From the NCBI GenBank assembly GCA_000004985.1, contig GG738853.1: a stretch of DNA of 64,000 nt, one strand, 5' to 3'. The stretch comes from Naegleria gruberi (Eukaryota). Positions 32,058-42,934 of the stretch are shown here, one piece after another. The notes under the pieces were generated by a model. It saw only the letters and a list, made by a program, of their open reading frames with translations. It was not told the DNA's origin and did no database searches. The position numbers and the translations under genes were made by a program. How positions within the stretch are numbered: position 1 is the first letter of the stretch; each line of letters begins with the position of its first letter.

Positions 32058-32678
32058 TTACATGTCTTGAATGAGAGCACAACCATTGGCCATGTACAAT
32101 CCACCAGTCAAGATTAAAATCCAATCCACAAGCTGCCAAATACCACAAGTTGGAACTAAAAGCTTGGCAACTCCAATGCAAGTATATCCCATAATCTTCA
32201 ACGAATTTTATGTGAAATATTTCATCATCGGAATGTTAATTGATTTTTAACATCTTTCAACTTACAAATCTATCAACAGCAAGACCTCCAACAAAGAATG
32301 AAAGTAAGAACATGACCATTTTGGATTTTGTTTGACTAGCATCACAAACATAAGGTCTATTCAGGAAATTTAATAATTATTTAAGAAATTATTATTAAAA
32401 ACATCATCATCATGGTTAACATATGGAATAATTGAATAAGATCATCATGACAATAAAAAAACAACAACTACTTACGGAGTACTATTATCATAAGTTTCCT
32501 TGATAAACATTGGCATTGTTCCCTCATCATCAGTATTAATTTTAATCAGCTTCATCTTCTCAGGTTCAGCAGCAGCATTCAATGGTGAATCCAAAAAGAA
32601 GGTAACCAATGCCATGCTAATCATGAATGTAAAAAGTGAGGCAAGAAGAAATTTACGGAGAGATAATTGTTCCATCAT
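32058..32678 (-). CDS. TM2 domain-containing membrane protein, 3 exons: join(32678..32476, 32356..32266, 32195..32058), about 143 aa.
   Basis: Signal/TM N-terminus. TM2 signature CDASQTKSKMVMFLLSFFVGGLAVDRF | IMGYTCIGVAKLLVPTCGIWQLVDWILIL is assembled across two GTAAGT...AG introns. Not present as a single ORF in the track. Confidence 0.6.
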
Positions 32679-33047
32679 TTTGTAGTAGGTGAGTTAGTGT
32701 GGGGTAGTGGTTGAGAACTTTTTTTGTGTGTTGTGAATATTCAAGTAGAGTGAACAAGTGGACAGAAACAAAAGAACTCACTGCTTTCATAATTATGAAC
32801 TTGGATGGTTCCAACTGGGCCCTGTTGTGGATGTTAGAAAGTTTTCTGAGAGTAAATTAGTTGGAAGGTTTTTCGGGAGAGTTCTGTGATCTTTGTTTGA
32901 GGGAAGAATTATTTAACAAACTGACTGAATTGAAAAAAACAGTAGATTCTTCTTCAAACTGTAGTTGTTGCAATGGAGAATGGTATTATCACTAAATGGA
33001 TTAAATCTTCAATTGATTTTATTGAGAGTATGGCAATGATATATATT

Positions 33048-33977
33048 TTAGAACGCGAAGGAGACAATCATGGCAATCAACATGATAACAACTCCTCTCA
33101 AACTCACAACATTTGCAGAATTTCTATTATTTGCCACTTGAACTAAATCTTTCGTAACAACACCAAAGTAATTCTCAGCCTCAACTGAGATTGAATAGGT
33201 ATCACTTGTAGTTGGAACACCAAATGTGAAAACAATTGATCCCAAATAGGAATTCTTGGCAGTGAATGAATTCGAATATAATGTTCCCTTCACAGTAACC
33301 TTAATATTTGAAGCAGATCGAATCCACAACTTTCCATCATTTCCAATCAAATCAATATTAATTTTCAAATTAGTGGAATCAAAATAACTTGTAGCATTAA
33401 TCCAATTCAATCCAATATAACAAGCGCCATTATGCTTATACTTGGAATTGCAAGTTGTGGCATTTGATATTTGAGAATCACAATAGTAAGCTGTGATAAC
33501 AGATGGAGAATTGTAAACGGTTGTATCCTGACTAGTTAGACAATTGGTATAGAATGAATCGAAATAGTAGAATGGTTGATTGATTAACAAACTCTTATAT
33601 TGTTCATTCTTCAACATGTAAGTTTGATACATTTCTTGAGTATTATCTGAACCAAGATTGAAAGAAATTCCTACAAAGTTTCTGGAATCTTGACATGTGC
33701 TATTGAAACTGTAAATTTTACGATTGATATCAGTATCTGAAAAACAACCAGAACAAGTGCAAGCTTTAACTGATCTTTTAACAGATTGGATATTAGATGA
33801 CGCATGGGATGGAATAGTTGGGATTGAATTAGTTGTGAATTTTGGAGAGGGACTATTTGATTCGAAAGGAGAACCAATGATATGGCCACCTACACCACTA
33901 TGGACAGAGACAGAGTTCATACATGAAATTAATTGGCATAATGCCAAGAGGCAAGCAAGAAGAATGAATGTCTTCAT
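33048..33977 (-). CDS. Secreted Cys-rich protein with hydrophobic C-terminus (possible GPI anchor or TM).
   Basis: Signal peptide MKTFILLACLLALCQLISC. Many Cys and N-glycosylation sequons. Hydrophobic tail VVIMLIAMIVSFAF. Confidence 0.5.
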   Translation of the reverse strand: MKTFILLACLLALCQLISCMNSVSVHSGVGGHIIGSPFESNSPSPKFTTNSIPTIPSHASSNIQSVKRSVKACTCSGCFSDTDINRKIYSFNSTCQDSRNFVGISFNLGSDNTQEMYQTYMLKNEQYKSLLINQPFYYFDSFYTNCLTSQDTTVYNSPSVITAYYCDSQISNATTCNSKYKHNGACYIGLNWINATSYFDSTNLKINIDLIGNDGKLWIRSASNIKVTVKGTLYSNSFTAKNSYLGSIVFTFGVPTTSDTYSISVEAENYFGVVTKDLVQVANNRNSANVVSLRGVVIMLIAMIVSFAF

Positions 33978-34383
33978 ATTTGTTTTTTTTGTTTCGAATA
34001 TTATTGAAAGAAAGAGAATGTGAATTTAAACAATTCGGAGAAATGAATGGTTAAAGTCAACTTTCGCCCTCCAATTTTAATAGATCTTACAATATCAAAC
34101 ATTAGTTTATTCCTAAAAAGTGATGGTATTAAGACAATTAGAAAGTTTACAACAAAACCATTGGGATTGAAGTACACGATTGGTTGAATGAAACATTTTC
34201 TTGGGGCAGCAATATGATTCAGAAAGTTATTCGAAAGTCATTGTAAATTACAAGTTCTTTCACACATTTTCGGATATTTATTGATTCGCTCAACTTTTTA
34301 CAATAATTCACTTTCATGATTTTTAGAGTGTTAATCATTATTTTAACAAATCTACTAATTTACCAAATTTTCATCTTTAAAAA

Positions 34384-36337
34384 ATGCTCAAATTGCTACT
34401 GTCAGTAATTTGTTTCCTCTGCTTGACAAGTGGCGTTCTCATCACCACTTCGACAGCTGCCACAACAGTAACTTTGGATGCAAATAATTTATCAATATGG
34501 CCACAACCACAAATTATTAAAAATTATGAAAACAAACCATCACTTGAATTTACAAGAATTTGCTTTAATGTTTCGTCATTTATTTCCAGCGATTGGAATA
34601 ATTTGGCCGAATGTGAAAGGAATTTCTTGTCCAATGCATTAAATAGACTCTCCACAAGATATCAATTCATAGGTCCAAGCAATTCGTCAAGTTGTGTTAA
34701 ATTCTCATTGAAGAAAGAAACTTCTTCATGCAAAATTTCACTTTTAAATTCAAGTGAAAAATACGAAATGTGGTTGAATGGAAACTATTCTACCATCAAA
34801 GCTGAAAATGTATTTGGAACATTGAGAGCTATTCAAACTCTTGCTCAAATTATTGATCAAGCATATTCTATTGTAAAGAATGCCAAATCTCAAGTTATTA
34901 TTTCATCAATTTACATTCAAGATTATCCATTTTACAATTATAGGTTTGTTTTTGAAATTATTGTACACTGAATTCAAGAATTTATCATTCAGAGGTTTAA
35001 TGTTAGATACTGCTAGACATTTCATTGCAGTTGACTCATTGAAAAGACATATTGATTCAATGGAAGAAGTTAAGATGAATGCATTTCATTTACATATCAC
35101 TGATGATGAAAGTTTCCCAATTAACATGACAAAATATTCACCATCAACTTACAAATTTAATGGTGGACCATTGACATTTGAAATTTTGAGAGATTTGAAT
35201 GAATATTGTGCTGATAGAGGTATTCAATTTATACCTGAGATTGATACACCATCTCATTCACAATCTTGGTCAACCTATTATCCATCCATTATGTATCCAT
35301 CGTGTACTAATCATTTAGATATGGGAAAACAAGAAACATATCAAGTAGTTGCCAATGTCTATCAATTCCTATTCAAATTACTTGGAAGTTGGACTCAAAC
35401 AATTCCAAGAATCAAATTTACCAATCAATTCCTTCATGCTGGCTTTGATGAGATAGATGGTAATTGTTACTCTAATGATGCAACTCTTAAGAAGTACCAA
35501 ACATTTGTTCTCAATAATATTCTTCAAAATGGAAGTCTAATTGCAAGTGGTGATTCAACTGATAAGATTTTACCAATTGTTTGGGCAGACGACTTGATTA
35601 CTGATTATCAACTTGGCAATACTTCAGCACTTCCCAGAGATACTATTCTTCAAATTTGGAGAAATGATGCTACCCTCACTGAAACATTGAAATACTATTA
35701 CAAGACAATTGTTTCAATTTCAGAGCCGTGGTACATTGATGCTCCATGTAGTAGAACATTTGAAAAGATTTACCAATACAAGCCACCTGCTCACCCATCA
35801 GTGATTGGAGGAAGTACCTGTATGTGGACTTCATCTGGTGATACAGATAATGATTTGGAGGAATATGTTTGGCCAAGAGCAGCAGCTGTTGCAGAAAGAT
35901 TGTGGACTAATCCTTGTAATCCAATCACTTTTTGGAATGCTTCATTCCCATATAATACTCAAAAATTGAGTAGAAAGACCATTCTGACTAATAGAATTGT
36001 AAAGACTGGAACAGCAGCTCAAACCTATGCCTGTTCATCTACTACTAATCCAACTTTCTCTTCGAATTGCACATCTGGTGTGACTTTCACAGTACCAGCC
36101 CAACCTTCACTGGATTCAGTTACTCCACAACAATCAACAGTGAATCCATCCACATCAACCCCAACTGCAACCTCTTCCGTATCTCCAAAATCATCTACAA
36201 AAACTCCAGTTGGAAAATCTCAATCAATGAATACTGGTTCATCCACCACTAGACTAAGCCAAGCAAATAGTGTCAAGATTTCCCTTATCTTGTTTGTGGT
36301 TATCCTTGCCATTGCATCATGGTATACAACTCACTAA
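34384..36337 (+). CDS. Beta-hexosaminidase (glycoside hydrolase family 20), 2 exons: join(34384..34943, 34993..36337). Has a Ser/Thr-rich stalk and hydrophobic C-terminal tail.
   Basis: Signal peptide. GH20 catalytic-domain motifs RGLMLDTARHF (spanning the 49-nt intron), HLHITDDESFP, and catalytic D-E in GFDEI. C-terminal S/T-rich region plus hydrophobic end. Confidence 0.85.
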
Positions 36338-36387
36338 ACCAAATAAAAACCGGTTTTGGTTTTGTGAATAGACTAAAAATTGGTGTT

Positions 36388-36393
36388 AAAAAA
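36388..36393 (-). terminator. RNA polymerase III terminator (T6 run) immediately 3' of tRNA-His.
   Basis: Minus-strand sequence after the tRNA reads CACC-TTTTTT, i.e. a T6 run 4 nt downstream of the discriminator base. Confidence 0.5.
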
Positions 36394-36397
36394 GGTG

Positions 36398-36468
36398 TAG
36401 GAAGACAGGGAATCGAACCCTGATCTTAGGAACCACAATCCCATGTTCTACCACTGAACTATCTCCCT
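36398..36468 (-). tRNA. tRNA-His (anticodon GUG).
   Basis: Folded by hand on the minus strand. Acceptor AGGGAGA/TCTTCCT (one G-U pair). D-arm GTTC-AGTGGTA-GAAC. Anticodon stem TGGGA/TCCTA with loop TTGTGGT. T-arm CAGGG-TTCGATT-CCCTG. Discriminator A. No encoded CCA and no intron. Confidence 0.8.
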
Positions 36469-36725
36469 TCTTGGAAGAATAACACAAGTAGCACCTTATG
36501 TCATTTATTCATATAACATGTGAATTAACATTGTCAAGACCGAAACTCTCAAATCACCTTGTATTGGCAACCAAACAAATGACATCCATTTTGTCATCTT
36601 TGTTCACTTTTTCAAAATCAATCTTGAAATGTATTTTTAATTTTCAAGCCAAAATTTGCATTTTTCACGGAAAAGATTACTGCTTTCCATACACTCACAA
36701 GTATTTTGTAATCACACATAAAAAA

Positions 36726-38089
36726 ATGAGTACAACAACAGAACAAGTTTCCGTCCCACAACAACAACAAGAAAACAACAACACCACTTCCCCTCAACAA
36801 GAAGGTGGTGCCGGATTCAAGAGAAGAAACAACGACAACAATAACCGTGGACGTGTTAGAGGAAGAGGTAGAGGAACTAGAAATAATCAAGGAACCAGAC
36901 AACCTCAACAACAACAACAAGGTGAACAACAACAAGCCAAGGTACAAGATCAACAAGCTACTCCATCTAATACAACAACGACTACCGAAGGTGCTGCTCA
37001 ACAAAAACCAAAGAGACAAAGAAAGCCAAGACAACCAAAGCCTCAAGGTGAACAACAAGAAGGTACTACTACCACTCCTACTACAACTTCTCCATCTACT
37101 ACTCCACAACAAGAAGGAGCCTCCACTGAAAAGAAGCCAAAAAGACAAAGAAAACCAAGACAACCTAAGCAAAATGTTGAAGGAACTCCTGAACAACAAA
37201 CAACAACTAGTACTCCAGCCTCTACTACTACTTCTGCCACCACAACAAATGCAACAACTACTCCAGTAGTAGAAGGTTCTGGTAAGCCAAAGAGACAATT
37301 TAAACCAAGAGTTCCAAGAGAACCAAAACAACAACAACCAAAGGAAGCTACTACTACTTCATCTGAAGCTACTACTACAACTCCAGTTGTTGCTTCCACC
37401 GAAGAAGGTGCCAAGCCAAAGAAGCAAAAGAAACCAAGAAAGCCAAGACAACCTAAGGAACAAAATGGAGAAAAGCCAGCCACTACTACTCCAGCTACTA
37501 CTACCACCACTTCAACTGAACAACCATCAACAACCACTCCTCAAGAAAAGAAGGAAAGAGCTCCAAGAAAACCAAGACAGCCAAGACAACCAAGACAACC
37601 AAATGTTGCTTCTTCCGAAGAACAAAAGGATGATGGAAAACTCAGAATTCCAACTTGTAAGTATTGTGTGAAATTTTCACATTTAACATTTTTCTAGTCT
37701 GTAAGGTCAAGGATGTCGAACCAGGTCAATCATTCTATCCTGGACAAGGTGGATTTAATATTGTTTGTAAGATTGTTAGTATAGAAATTGTTTCTCAAAC
37801 CAAGGGACATGCTGTTGCTGAAGTAACAGTTGGTGATGAAACTGGTTGTGTTGTTTTGACTACTCGTACTGAACAATTAGGAGAAGCTAAGGTCGGAAGC
37901 TCAATTATTGTTCGTAATTCCAAGATTAGTTTGTTCAAGAAGAAGTTGCGTTTGAAGATTGATATGTGGGGTAAGATTCAAAGTTTCGAAGAAGGAAAGA
38001 AGGCCATCAGTGTTCCATTGTCTGATGACTTTACTGTCAAGACTGACAAGAATTTGTCAAAGGATGCTACTTATGAACCTCAAATGTAA
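36726..38089 (+). CDS. OB-fold nucleic-acid-binding protein (SOSS-B/NABP/SSB1-like) with long N-terminal basic repeat region, 2 exons: join(36726..37656, 37698..38089).
   Basis: The C-terminal exon encodes an OB fold (VEPGQSFYPGQGGFNIVCKIVSIE...VGDETGCVVLTTRTEQL...GSSIIVRNSKISLFKKKLRLKI). The N-terminal 310 aa carry an RGRVRGRGRG segment and six KPKRQRKPRQPK-type repeats. The intron is GTAAGT...CTAG (41 nt). Confidence 0.6.
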
Positions 38090-38150
38090 AAAAATGTAAA
38101 AAAAAAGACTTGTATCAAGTAAGATTTTGCAAGTTGTAAATAAAAAGTGA

Positions 38151-39284
38151 TTAATTTTTTTGAAATAATTTGGAATTGATAAAATTCAACAATTCAGAGC
38201 TAGGTTCTTGTTCACTGAAATTCACCACCTTGGATTTGGAATTTTCCAAATCGGTATGTACAATTTGGTCAACATTAAGATGACATTTACCCAACTGAGC
38301 TACCAAAATATCCATCATGTGAACATATTGTTCATTCGAAATTTCTTCCAATTTCAATTCATTGGCCAAACTTGTCATTTTAACATGATGAAGTCCACAA
38401 GCTACAATATCACTCCTGAAAGATTGTAAATCTTGACTACTCAAATTCAGATTCATTGCCACGCCATGCATTGATACAAATCTCGATAATTGCAATCCAA
38501 TACTTGCTAACTTTCTCTTCTTTTCTTGTGAATTATTCTCATCAGACTGTTCACAAAGTTTCATACTACTGCTAATATAAATACCCATCTCTGATTCTCC
38601 TCCAACATTCAATTCAATTCTTTCACCCTTTTCAATATTCTCCACTTGGCCCTTCACATCTTTCAGTAAATCATTTGAAAATTGTTGAAGAAATGGAACA
38701 CACAGAGAACGAAGCATAAACTCATCTGAAAACCATTTGATATTCTTTTGGAGAAATGAACTATTCTCCAAATCAAAAAGTGGATACAAAACTAATTGAC
38801 CAGGACAGTGAAAGGTAATTCCACCTCCACGACCAATTTTGTGAATGGCCAATTGTCTTGGATTGTGAAGAATGTGATTTTTGGAAAAGGTTTCGTCAAA
38901 TCTTAACTTTCCAATAGTGAAACAAGATTCTGAATGTTCTGTTGCAATCATGTATTGTCTGTGTTGTAAATTATTGTTTTGATGTTCTTGTTTCAAATTC
39001 CTCAAATAATCGAATAGAAATTGTTGAAATTGTAAACTTTGTTCATATTTCGAATTGGATAAGAGAATTAAACAAAGAGAATCGTATCCTTCCTTTCCTT
39101 TTGTATTTCTAGTTTGTGCAGTATTGAATAATTCATTTTCTTTCTTTTCCATCCACTTTCCAAAACCTTCCGATATTGAATAGTTACATTTCTGATAAAC
39201 ATTCTTCCCAACATTCAATAATCCTCCACATTTATTACCAGAAATCAATCCAATCCTTCTCCTTCCACAACTCAATCGAAGCAT
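38151..39284 (-). CDS. lipB: Lipoyl(octanoyl) transferase (LipB family), probably mitochondrial, with a C-terminal extension.
   Basis: LipB active-site region IGRGGGITFHCPGQLVLYPLFDL. C-terminal KLASIGLQLSRFVSMHGVAMNLN matches the conserved Lys region. The N-terminus is basic, like a presequence. Confidence 0.7.
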   Translation of the reverse strand: MLRLSCGRRRIGLISGNKCGGLLNVGKNVYQKCNYSISEGFGKWMEKKENELFNTAQTRNTKGKEGYDSLCLILLSNSKYEQSLQFQQFLFDYLRNLKQEHQNNNLQHRQYMIATEHSESCFTIGKLRFDETFSKNHILHNPRQLAIHKIGRGGGITFHCPGQLVLYPLFDLENSSFLQKNIKWFSDEFMLRSLCVPFLQQFSNDLLKDVKGQVENIEKGERIELNVGGESEMGIYISSSMKLCEQSDENNSQEKKRKLASIGLQLSRFVSMHGVAMNLNLSSQDLQSFRSDIVACGLHHVKMTSLANELKLEEISNEQYVHMMDILVAQLGKCHLNVDQIVHTDLENSKSKVVNFSEQEPSSELLNFINSKLFQKN

Positions 39285-39787
39285 TTTCTATCAAAATATC
39301 CCACAACTCAACTATTAATAATTCAATTCTCAGTATTTACCCAACAGTTGCTGCTAATCAACCATAATACTGCACACTACACACCAGCAATTGCTGAGAA
39401 TCCAAATAGCCACCACATACCTATTGAATGTTCTCTTTTTGATTGAACAATTGCTTCAATTTATCCAAATTTCCGTATTAAATTAGGTTATTTGTAAACA
39501 ACATCTCCATTTTTTCACCGTAAAACTGAGATTTCTCACCAACAAATCAAAAAACGACAATTTTTTCCCTTACTGTTTCTCTCTTACACTGCGTTTGTGT
39601 TAAAAACAGCACACAAAATGATTGAATTCTCAATATTATCAACAATGCAGAATTTCGTTCCATCACCAAATTGTTGCTTGTTTGCTGAGGTTGATTGTTG
39701 TTATTGTTGAGGATTCGAGTAGTGGATTGTGTGAGGGTTCAATTGTGTGGGCGTGGATAATTAATTAGCAGAGTGGAAAAAAAAGAG
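39285..39787. promoter_or_regulatory. About 500-bp bidirectional intergenic region between divergent lipB and lipA.
   Basis: Head-to-head gene arrangement. No element could be called from sequence alone. Confidence 0.3.
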
Positions 39788-41245
39788 ATGAAGAGGAGCA
39801 GTGGGATAATAGACAAGATTGTGAAGGCAGGTTTGAAGAGGCAATTTTATTCGAAAGGTACTCATTGTGAGCAGTTGATGAAGATGAGTGGACGAAAGGG
39901 AGTGGATTTTCATTTGAGTAATTTGGGAGGAGGAATTTTGCATCAATGTAGTACTGCTGTTGGAGTTTCGAATAATGTTGAAGAAATGAATCAAACTTGG
40001 CAAGAACGAAGAAATATCAAGAGAATGAATCGATTGAAAGAAAAGAAAGTGGAAGAAACTCAACATTCTGAAGCACTTTTACAAGAAAGAGACGAAATGG
40101 TTAAAAAATCATTAGAAATATTACAATCCCGAATGGACGAAATGGAAAACTTTCAGATAATTCGTTCATTTCTTCCAAAATCTATATCAGATGCTGATTT
40201 ACTCACTAAATACTATCCAGCACTCAAAGATTCGGATAATTCTATTCGATATGATGGTAAACTAAAGAATGTAGATACCATTCGTGCAAAACCAAGATGG
40301 TTACTTTCGAATATAATTCCAAAGAATGAAGAATCAAATTCCAATTACAATCGTCTCAGAAACACATTAAGCGGACTCAAACTAAACACTGTCTGTGTAG
40401 AAGCCAAATGTCCAAACATTGGAGAATGTTGGGGAGGAAAATCCCAAACTAAACATCAAGATTCGAATATAAATATTCTAGACGAATCGAACAACCATCA
40501 AATGGCCACAGCAACCATCATGCTAATGGGTGATACTTGCACTCGTGGTTGCAGATTCTGCTCAGTCAAGACAAGCAAATGTCCTCCACCCTTAGATCCT
40601 TCAGAACCTGAAAACACCGCAGATGCCATCCATAAATGGGGTTTAGAATATGTTGTCTTGACATCTGTCGATCGAGATGATTTGACAGATGGAGGAGCTC
40701 AACATTTTTATGAAACTGTTCAAAAGATTAAGGAAAAAAATCCTAAAATTTTGGTGGAATGCTTAACTGGTGATTTTCAAGGAGATTTGGAATGTATTCG
40801 AAAGATGAGTTTATCTGGAATGGATGTTTATGCGCATAATGTTGAAACTGTGGAAGAGTTGACTCCACAAGTGAGAGATTACAGAGCTACCTTTCGTCAA
40901 TCATTGAAAGTTTTGAAACTTGTAAAGGAATTTAATCCGAAACTCATTACAAAAAGTTCAATAATGGTTGGCTTGGGAGAAAGTGATCAACAAATATTCG
41001 AAACCATGTGGGAATTGAAGAATGCAGGTGTAGATTGCATTACCATTGGTCAATACCTTCGTCCAACGAAAATGCACATGAAAGTTTTGGAATATTTCAC
41101 ACCAAAGAGATTCGAATTGTTACAAGAAATTGGAGAGAAAGTTTTTGGATTTAAATATGTGGCAAGTGGACCAATGGTTCGTTCAAGTTATAGAGCTGGA
41201 GAATTGTTTTTGAAGAATCTCATTTTGAAAGAACAAGTTGTTTAA
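39788..41245 (+). CDS. Lipoyl synthase (LipA/LIAS, radical SAM).
   Basis: N-terminal auxiliary-cluster motif [12 protein letters not shown]. Radical-SAM motif CTRGCRFC. Conserved [19 protein letters not shown] and C-terminal SSYRAGE. The track start at 39773 is GTG; first ATG is at 39788. Confidence 0.9.
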   Translation: MKRSSGIIDKIVKAGLKRQFYSKGTHCEQLMKMSGRKGVDFHLSNLGGGILHQCSTAVGVSNNVEEMNQTWQERRNIKRMNRLKEKKVEETQHSEALLQERDEMVKKSLEILQSRMDEMENFQIIRSFLPKSISDADLLTKYYPALKDSDNSIRYDGKLKNVDTIRAKPRWLLSNIIPKNEESNSNYNRLRNTLSGLKLNTVCVEAKCPNIGECWGGKSQTKHQDSNINILDESNNHQMATATIMLMGDTCTRGCRFCSVKTSKCPPPLDPSEPENTADAIHKWGLEYVVLTSVDRDDLTDGGAQHFYETVQKIKEKNPKILVECLTGDFQGDLECIRKMSLSGMDVYAHNVETVEELTPQVRDYRATFRQSLKVLKLVKEFNPKLITKSSIMVGLGESDQQIFETMWELKNAGVDCITIGQYLRPTKMHMKVLEYFTPKRFELLQEIGEKVFGFKYVASGPMVRSSYRAGELFLKNLILKEQVV

Positions 41246-41407
41246 ATTTGGAATGTTTCGAATAAATAATGTACTAATGTGGTTTAAATCAATATAGTAT
41301 TTTCTTAAATAAACATGTAATATTTGAGTAATATTCTAAAGTAATATCATGAGAGAAGCTTTAAAAACTCACACAACATTCGAACTATTTAAACGAAACA
41401 AAACGAA

Positions 41408-41563
41408 ATGGACAACAATAGATCTAATCAACTCAATCCAAACAATCCATCCTATGAATCTTCTAGATCAGGTGGAACAGCCTCCAATGTAAATCATTCC
41501 AATCAAATGAATCCCAATAGTCAATCCTATCAATCCTCAAGAAGTGGAGGCAAGAATAAATAA
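41408..41563 (+). CDS. Small hydrophilic 51-aa protein made of two 17-aa repeats (N-Q-x-N-P-N-x-x-S-Y-x-S-S-R-S-G-G).
   Basis: ATG-to-TAA ORF below the track's 60-aa cutoff. Internal duplication NQLNPNNPSYESSRSGG / NQMNPNSQSYQSSRSGG. Codons are mostly preferred C/T-ending. Confidence 0.3.
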   Translation: MDNNRSNQLNPNNPSYESSRSGGTASNVNHSNQMNPNSQSYQSSRSGGKNK

Positions 41564-41910
41564 CCGAATCTGAATAAATTGTCATTCTTCAATATTCGTG
41601 AGGTTTCTTCAATTCTTACTTGTTGTGAAAACTCCATTTCATTCTCCTGTTGTATATGATACGATTAGATTGCTTGTATTTAAGTTTGATAATGAAACAT
41701 TGACAGAAATGGTTTATGAATTTAATGTTTGGATTGCTGACATTTGTTTAATTGTTTAACTGTTTTGTTGTGGTTGTTGGAGGATGATATTTTGAGTAAA
41801 TCTTTTCTGATTATTTCAGTGTTTAGTTGTGTTATTCGAAACTTGGTTTTGGACATGAAGCCAATGACTCACAACAAGACTGAATAGAAAATGAATACTG
41901 AAAAATCAAA

Positions 41911-42402
41911 TTAGATGTGAATTAGATTATTTTCCTGGAGACGATACGATTCATATCTGACATAATTTCTTCCAGTTTCTAATTGAATTTCCTCCTTAAA
42001 GAAATAATCATCCCTCCACATCTTTATCCCAACCATAAAAGAAAGCACTGCAAGAAACATTAAAATTATTGCTAACATTATCAGAAACAGATAAAGTTTA
42101 CCTCCCAATCCAACACATCCACCTATTAGAAACAAACTAATCATACATAATAAACTCGTCACCAATTCTATATGAAATGAAAAATTAGCCTTTCTCGCCG
42201 TTACATATCCCTCTCCATTATTCATTTCCATTATTTGTTCACTTTCATTATTCGAAACTTGTTTCTCATTTCTCATTCCACATCCATCTTCTCTTTCCAC
42301 CTCCAAACTCTCCAAACTGCAGCAATCTCTCTTCATGATTAATATTCGAATTAGTGACGATGATTTGAAGTGTTTTTTTAGTTGTGAAATCTTTGCTCGC
42401 AT
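41911..42402 (-). CDS. Hypothetical small membrane protein (163 aa).
   Basis: ORF with two predicted TM helices (LLCMISLFLIGGCVGLGG; LFLIMLAIILMFLAVLSFMVGI). Confidence 0.35.
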   Translation of the reverse strand: MRAKISQLKKHFKSSSLIRILIMKRDCCSLESLEVEREDGCGMRNEKQVSNNESEQIMEMNNGEGYVTARKANFSFHIELVTSLLCMISLFLIGGCVGLGGKLYLFLIMLAIILMFLAVLSFMVGIKMWRDDYFFKEEIQLETGRNYVRYESYRLQENNLIHI

Positions 42403-42934
42403 GCAAAACCCAAAAAAAGAATTTGAAAAGTTGCTAATGTCCCATGAAGGACAAATTTATGGACCCATTCCTCCTCTTGAAGGGAAGGAAAAGTGTGAGA
42501 ATGGACTTTAGACTAGCATTCTCTGTGTGTTTATTTAGTATTGAAAAATGTTTGATAAAAAGATTGGAATGGAAAAAAGGTTAAATTGTATGAAAGTTTA
42601 CAAATTCTTGATTGACTACGTGACAGATGTTACAATAGATTGAAAATCAGCAAAGTTTATGGTGCACAGAATCAATGGTAAAATCAATAATTCGTATAGA
42701 TTTTCAGTGGTTATGAAAAAGACCATATTTCAGCACTTTAAAGATTGGATTAGAAAGAAATGAATCTGATTTTAGTGAATTACCAACTGTTGTTTAGAAT
42801 GCAATCTTATAGAATTGAGAATATTCTTTAATGGAAAAGTTGGCAAGCCATGGAATTGCTTAATACAGATGAATACAATTGTAAACAATTTTCCAACTGT
42901 TTTTAAAGGAGTATCTCTAGAAATTGCCTTAAAA

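Noticed and set aside
36398-36468. First attempt to fold the tRNA with acceptor stem GGGAGAT
   Set aside because: It leaves two mismatches. Shifting by one (AGGGAGA) gives a full 7-bp acceptor stem with one G-U pair and places GTG in the anticodon position.
36618-37537. Two long minus-strand ORFs (239 and 164 aa) antisense to the basic-repeat region of the OB-fold gene
   Set aside because: The antisense translations are low-complexity (poly-Val/Ser/Leu). The sense frame carries the conserved repeat and the downstream OB fold.
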